From Macrostomum lignano (Eukaryota), in contig NIVC01000277.1 in the NCBI GenBank assembly GCA_002269645.1, positions 104,622 to 168,621 of the forward strand: a DNA stretch of 64,000 nucleotides. The letters run 5' to 3'. A program made the position numbers and the translations under genes. Below are positions 57,150 through 64,000 of the stretch, piece after piece (position 1 is the first letter of the stretch; every line of letters begins with the position of its first letter). The notes under the pieces are model-generated. The model ran no database searches. It was not told where the DNA came from and saw only the letters and a list, made by a program, of their open reading frames with translations.

Positions 57150-60100
57150 CCTAGAGACAGGGGCGCCCACCAAGAGACAGGGGCGCCCACCAAGAGACAG
57201 GGGCGCCCACCAAAAGACAGGGGCGCCCACCAAGAGACAGGGGCGCCCAACAAGAGACAGGGGCGCTCACCAAGAGACAGGGGCGCCCACCAAGAGACAG
57301 GGGCGCCAACCAAGAGACAGGGCGCGCCCACCAAGAGACAGGGGTGCCCACACAGAGGCAAGGGCACCCACCAAGAGAAAGGGGCGCCCACTAAGAGACA
57401 GTGGCGCCCACCAAGAGACAGGGGCGCGCCCACCAAGAGACAGGGGCGCCCACAAAGAGACAGGGGCGCACCACCAAGAGACAGGGGCGCCCACAAAGAG
57501 ACAGGAGGCGCCCACCAAGAGACAGGGGCGCCCACAAAGAGACAGGGGCGCCCACCAAGAGACAGGGGCGCAAGAGACAGGAGCGCCCGCCAAGAGACAG
57601 GGGCGCCCACAAGAGACAGGGGCGCCCACCAAGAGACAGGGGCGCCCAACAAGAGACAGGGGCGCCCACAAAGAGACAGGAGGCGCCCACCAAGAGACAG
57701 GGGCGCCCACAAAGAGACAGGAGGCGCCCACCAAGAGACAGGGGCGCCCACAAGAGACAGGGGCCCACTAAGAGACAGGGGCGCCCACCAAGAGACAGGG
57801 GCGCCCACAAAGAGACAGGAGGCGCCCACCAAGAGACAGGGGCGCCCACAAAGAGACAGGGGCACCAGCTAAGAGACAGGGGCGCCCACAAAGAGACAGG
57901 AGGCGCCCACCAAGAGACAGGGGCGCCCACCAAGAGACAGGGGCGCCCACCAAGAGACAGGGGCGCCCAACAAGAGACAGGAGCGCCCGCCAAGAGACAG
58001 GAGGCGCCCACCAAGAGACAGGGGCGCCCACCATGAGACAGGGGCGCCCAACAAGAGACAGGAGCGCCCGCCAAGAGACAGGAGGCGCCCACCAAGAGAC
58101 AGGGGCGCCCACCAAGAGACAGGAGGCGCCCACCAAGAGACAGGGGCGCCCACAAAGAGACAGGAGGCGCCCACCAAGAGACAGGGGCGCCCACAAAGAG
58201 ACAGGGGCGCCCACTAAGAGACAGGGGCGCCCACCAAGAGACAGTGGCGCCCACCAAGAGACAGGGGCGCCCACCAAGAGACAGGGGCGCCCACAAAGAG
58301 ACAGGTGCGCAAACCAAGAGACAGGGGCGCCCACCAAGAGACAGGGGTGCCCACACAGAGGCAAGGGCACCCACCAAGAGACAGTGGCGCCCAACAAGAG
58401 ACAGGGGCGCCCACCAAGAGACAGGGGCGCCCACCAAGAGACAGGAGGCGCCCACCAAGAGACAGGGGCGCCCACAAAGAGACAGGAGGCGCCCACCAAG
58501 AGACAGGGGCGCCCACAAAGAGACAGGGGCACCCACTAAGAGACAGGGGCGCCCACCAAGAGACAGGGGCGCCCACAAAGAGACAGGAGGCGCCCACCAA
58601 GAGACAGGGGCGCCCACAAAGAGACAGGGGCACCAGCTAAGAGACAGGGGCGCCCACAAAGAGACAGGAGGCGCCCACCAAGAGACAGGGGCGCCCACAA
58701 AGAGACAGGGGCGCCCACCAAGAGACAGGGGCGCCCAACAAGAGACAGGAGCGCCCGCCAAGAGACAGGAGGCGCCCACCAAGAGACAGGGGCGCCCACC
58801 AAGAGACAGGGGCGCCCAACAAGAGACAGGAGCGCCCGCCAAGAGACAGGAGGCGCCCACCAAGAGACAGGGGCGCCCACCAAGAGACAGGAGGCGCCCA
58901 CCAAGAGACAGGGGCGCCCACAAAGAGACAGGAGGCGCCCACCAAGAGACAGGGGCGCCCACAAAGAGACAGGGGCGCCCACTAAGAGACAGGGGCGCCC
59001 ACCAAGAGACAGGGGCGCCCACCAAGAGACAGGGGCGCCCACCAAGAGACAGGGGCGCCCACAAGAGACAGGGCGCAAACAAGAGACAGGGGCGCCCACC
59101 AAGAGACAGGGGCGCCCACACAAGAGACAGGGGCGCCCACCAAGAGACAGGGGCGCCCACCAAGAGACAGGGGCGCCCACCAAGAGACAGGGGCGCCCAC
59201 CAAGAGACAGGGGCGCCCACCAAGAGACAGGGGCGCCCACAAGAGACAGGGGCGCCCACCAAGAGACAGGGCGCGCCCACCAAGAGACAGGGGCGCCCAC
59301 CAAGAGACAGGGGCGCCCACCAAGAGACAGGGGCGCCCACAAGAGACAGGGGCGCCAACCAAGAGACAGGGCGCGCCCACCAAGAGACAGGGGTGCCCAC
59401 ACAGAGGCAAGGGCACCCACCAAGAGACAGTGGCGCCCAACAAGAGACAGGGGCGCCCACCAAGAGACAGGGGCGCCCACCAAGAGACAGGAGGCGCCCA
59501 CCAAGAGACAGGGGCGCCCACAAAGAGACAGGAGGCGCCCACCAAGAGACAGGGGCGCCCACAAAGAGACAGGGGCACCCACTAAGAGACAGGGGCGCCC
59601 ACCAAGAGACAGGGGCGCCCACAAGAGACAGGGGCGCCCACCAAGAGACAGGGGCGCCCACCAAGAGACAGGGGCGCCCAACAAGAGACAGGGGCGCCCA
59701 CCAAGAGACAGGGCGCGCCCACCAAGAGACAGGGGCGCCCACCAAGAGACAGGAGCGCCCGCCCAGAGACAGGGGCGCCCACAAAGAGACAGTGGCGCCC
59801 ACCAAGAGACAGGGGCGCCCACCAAGAGACAGGGGCGCCCACCAAGAGACAGGGGTGCCCACACAGAGGCAAGGGCACCCACCAAGAGAAAGGGGCGCCC
59901 ACCAAGAGACAGTGGCGCCCAACAAGAGACAGGGGCGCCCACCAAGAGACAGGGGCGCCCACCAAGAGACAGGGGCGCCCACAAGAGACAGGGCGCCCAC
60001 CAAGAGACAGGGGCGCCCACCAAGAGACAGGGGCGCCCACAAAGAGACAGGTGCGCAAACCAAGAGACAGGGGCGCCCACCAAGAGACAGGGGCGCCCAC

Positions 60101-63100
60101 CAAGAGACAGGAGCGCCCGCCAAGAGACAGGGGCGCCCACCAAGAGACAGGAGCGCCCGCCAAGAGACAGGGGCGCCCACCAAGAGACAGGGGCGCCCAC
60201 CAAGAGACAGGGGCGCCCACCAAGAGACAGGGGCGCCCACCAAGAGACAGGGGCGCCCACCAAGAGACAGTGGCGCCCACCAAGAGACAGGGGCGCCCAA
60301 CAAGAGACAGGAGCGCCCGCCAAGAGACAGGAGGCGCCCACCAAGAGACAGGGGCGCCCACCAAGAGACAGGAGGCGCCCACCAAGAGACAGGGGCGCCA
60401 AACCAAGAGACAGGGGCGCCCGCCAAGAGACAGGGGCGCCCACCAAGAGACAGGGGCGCCCGCCAAGAGACAGGGGCGCCCACAAAGAGACAGGAGGCGC
60501 CCACCAAGAGACAGGGGCGCCCACAAAGAGACAGGAGGCGCCCACCAAGAGACAGGGGCGCCCACAAAGAGACAGGTGCGCAAACCAAGAGACAGGGGCG
60601 CCCACCAAGAGACAGGGGCGCCCACCAAGAGACAGGGGCGCCCACCAAGAGACAGGGGCGCCACCAAGAGACAGGGGCGCCCACCAAGAGACAGGGGCGC
60701 CCACCAAGAGACAGGAGCGCCCGCCAAGAGACAGGGGCGCCCACCAAGAGACAGGGGCGCCCACCAAGAGACAGGGGCGCCCACCAAGAGACAGGGGCGC
60801 AAACCAAGAGACAGGGGCGCCCACCAAGAGACAGGGGCGCCCACCAAGAGACAGGGGCGCCCGCCAAGAGACAGGGGCGCCCACAAAGAGACAGGAGGCG
60901 CCCACCAAGAGACAGGGGCGCCCACAAAGAGACAGGAGGCGCCCACCAAGAGACAGGGGCGCCCACAAAGAGACAGGTGCGCAAACCAAGAGACAGGGGC
61001 GCCCACCAAGAGACAGGGGCGCCCACCAAGAGACAGGGGCGCAAACCAAGAGACAGGGGCGCCCACCAAGAGACAGGAGCGCCCGCCCAGAGACAGGAGG
61101 CGCCCACCAAGAGACAGGGGCGCCCACCAAGAGACAGGGGCGCCCACCAAGAGACAGGGGCGCCCAACAAGAGACAGGGGCGCCCACCAAGAGACAGGGC
61201 GCGCCCACCAAGAGACAGGGGCGCCAACCAAGAGACAGGAGCGCCCGCCCAGAGACAGGAGGCGCCCACCAAGAGACAGGGGCGCCCACCAAGAGACAGG
61301 GGCGCCCACCAAGAGACAGGGGCGCCCACCAAGAGACAGGGCGCGCCCACCAAGAAACAGGGGCGCCCACCAAGAGACAGGGGCGCCCACCAAGAGACAG
61401 GGGCGCCCACCAAGAGACAGGGGCGCCCACCAAGAGACAGGGGCGCCCACCAAGAGACAGGGGCGCCCACCAAGAGACAGGGGCGCCCACCAAGAGACAG
61501 GGGCGCCAACCAAGAGACAGGGCGCGCCCACCAAGAGACAGGGGTGCCCACACAGAGGCAAGGGCACCCACCAAGAGACAGGGGCGCCCACCAAGAGACA
61601 GTGGCGCCCACCAAGAGACAGGGGCGCCCACCAAGAGAAAGGGGCGCGCCCACCAAGAGACAGGGGCGCCCACCAAGAGAAAGGGGCACCCACCAAGAGA
61701 AAGGGGCGCCCACCAAGAGACAGAGGCGCCCACCAAGAGACAGTGGCGCCCACCAAGAGACAGGGGCGCCCACCAAGAGACAGGGGCGCCCACCAAGAGA
61801 CAGGGGCGCCCGCCAAGAGACAGGAGCGCCCGCCAAGAGACAGGGCGCCCACCAAGAGACAGGGGCGCCCACCAAGAGACAGGGGCGCCCAACAAGAGAC
61901 AGGGGCGCCCACCAAGAGACAGGGGCGCGCCCACCAAGAGACAGGGGCGCCCACAAAGAGACAGGTGCGCAAATCAAGAGACAGGGGCGCCACAAGAGAC
62001 AGGGGCGCCCACCAAGAGACAGGGGCGCCACAAGAGACAGGGGCGCCCACCAAAGAGACAGGAGCGCCCGCCAAGAGACAGGGGCGCCCACCAAGAGACA
62101 GGGGCGCCCACCAAGAGACAGGGGCGCCCACCAAGAGACAGTGGCGCCCACCAAGAGACAGGGGCGCCCACCAAGAGACAGGGGCGCCCACAAAGAGACA
62201 GGTGCGCAAACCAAGAGACAGGGGCGCCCACCAAGAGACAGGGGCGCCCACAAAGAGACAGGGGCGCCCACCAAGAGACAGGGGCGCCCACAAAGAGACA
62301 GGGGCGCCCACTAAGAGACAGGGGCGCCCACCAAGAGACAGGGGCGCCCACAAGAGACAGGGGCGCCACCAAGAGACAGGGCGCCCACAAGAGACAGGGC
62401 GCCACCAAGAGACAGGGGCGCCCACCAAGAGACAGGGGCGCCCAACAAGAGACAGGGGCGCCAACCAAGAGAAAGGGCGCGCCCACCAAGAGACAGGGGT
62501 GCCCACACAGAGGCAAGGGCACCCACCAGGAGACAGTGGCGCCCAACAAGAGACAGGGGCGCCCACCAAGAGACAGGGGCGCCCACTAAGAGACAGGGGC
62601 GCCCACCAAGAGACAGGGGCGCCCACCAAGAGACAGGGGCGCCCACAAGAGACAGGGGCGCCCACCAAGAGACAGGGGCGCCCGCCAAGAGACAGGGCGC
62701 CACAAGAGACAGGGCGCCCACCAAGAGACAGGGGCGCCACAAAGAGACAGGAGGCGCCCACCAAGAGACAGGGGGCCCACAGAGAGCAGGGGCGCCCACA
62801 AGAGAAAGGGCGCCCACAAGAGACAGTGGGCGCCCACCAAGAGACAGGGGCGCCCACCAAGAGACAGGGGCGCCCACAAGAGACAGGCGCGCAACCAAGA
62901 GACAGGGGCGCCCACCAAGAGACAGGGCGCCCACAAAGAGACAGGGCGCCCACCAAGAGACAGGGGCCCCACAAGAGACAGGGCGCGCCCACCAAGAGAC
63001 AGGGGCGCCCACCAAGAGACAGGGGCGCCCACCAAGAGGACAGGGCGCCCACAAGAGACAGGGCGCCCACCAAGAGACAGGGGCGCCCACCAAGAGACAG

Positions 63101-64000
63101 GGGCGCACAGCCCGCCCCACCAAGAGACAGGGGCCCCACAAGAGACAGGGCGCCCACAAGAGACAGGGGCGCCCACAAGAGACAGGGGCGCCCAACCAAG
63201 AGACAGGGGCGCCCACCAAGAGACAGGGGCGCCCACAAGAGAAGGGGCCGCCCACCAAGAGACAGTGGCGCCCAACCAAGAGACAGGGCGCGCCCACAAG
63301 AGACAGGGGCGCCCACAAGAGACAGGGGCGCCCACCAAGAGACAGGGGGCGCCCACCAAGAGACAGGGGCGCCCACCAAGAGACAGTGGCGCCCACAAGA
63401 GACAGGGGGCCAACCAAGAAGGACAGGGGCGCCCACCAAGAGACAGGAGGCGCCCACCAAGAGACAGGGGCGCCCACCAAAGAGACAGGGGCGCCCACAA
63501 GAGACAGGGGTGCCCACACAGAGGAGGGCACCCACCAAGAGACAGGGGCGCCCACCAAGAGACAGGGGCGCCCACAAGAGACAGGGGCGCCCACCAAGAG
63601 ACAGGGGCCCACAAGAGACAGGGCGCCCACCAAGAGACAGGGGCGCCCACCAAGAGACAGGGCGCCCACAAGAGACAGGGGCGCCCACCAAGAGACAGGG
63701 GCGCCCACCAAGAGACAGGGCGCCCACCAAGAGACAAGGGCGCCCACCAAGAGACAGGGGCGCCCACCAAGAGACAGGGCGCCCACCAAGAGACGGGGCG
63801 CCCACAACAGGACAGGGGGCGCCCACCAAGAGACAGGGGCGCCCACCAAGAAGACAGGGGGCGCCACCAAGAGACAGGAGGCCGCCCACAAGAGACAGGG
63901 GCGCCACAAGAGACAGGGCGCCCACCAAGAGACAGGGGCGCCCACCAAGAGACAGGGGCGCCCACAAGAGACAGGGGCGCCCCACAAGAGACAGGGGCGC
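57150..64000. repeat. 20-21-bp GC-rich satellite, >=6.8 kb, running off the window
   Basis: Unit CCACCAAGAGACAGGGGCGC with recurrent variants. The 1000+ aa ORFs on both strands are stop-free repeat translations. Confidence 0.98.

Noticed and set aside
56978-63987. ORFs of up to 1627 aa on both strands
   Set aside because: Translations of a stop-free 20-21-bp satellite in multiple overlapping frames; no domain content.
62300-64000. Apparent rapid divergence of satellite units toward the window end
   Set aside because: Dominated by single-base indels in homopolymers, as expected from low-coverage long-read error. Not treated as biology without raw reads.

Overview
Eukaryotic (metazoan) genomic DNA: spliceosomal introns, no prokaryotic operons, no CRISPR, rRNA or tRNA genes recognised. 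Repeat style and GC-rich low-complexity exons resemble a flatworm such as Macrostomum (inference, unverified). Most of the window is a nested transposon and satellite cluster. It holds two diverged TIR elements (IS630-Tc1-mariner-like) that encode only an HTH DNA-binding domain, an apparently intact piggyBac, two dead mariners and a multi-exon KDZ (Kyakuja-Dileera-Zisupton) transposase pseudogene. It also holds a P element (23-bp TIRs, 7-bp TSD) whose middle is filled with satellites and a small Helitron, a 2.2-kb solo LTR, a very young full-length Copia, a degraded Helitron with an RPA-like gene, and a degraded Gypsy. Two spliced genes are supported: an unknown gene with a 10-aa repeat (771-2275) and a 4-exon ankyrin-repeat gene (52837-56563). 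The last ~6.9 kb is a 20-bp satellite whose very long ORFs are artefacts. The best candidate for an undescribed system is the HTH-only TIR element family. All calls come from manual reading and motif recognition; no database searches were run.
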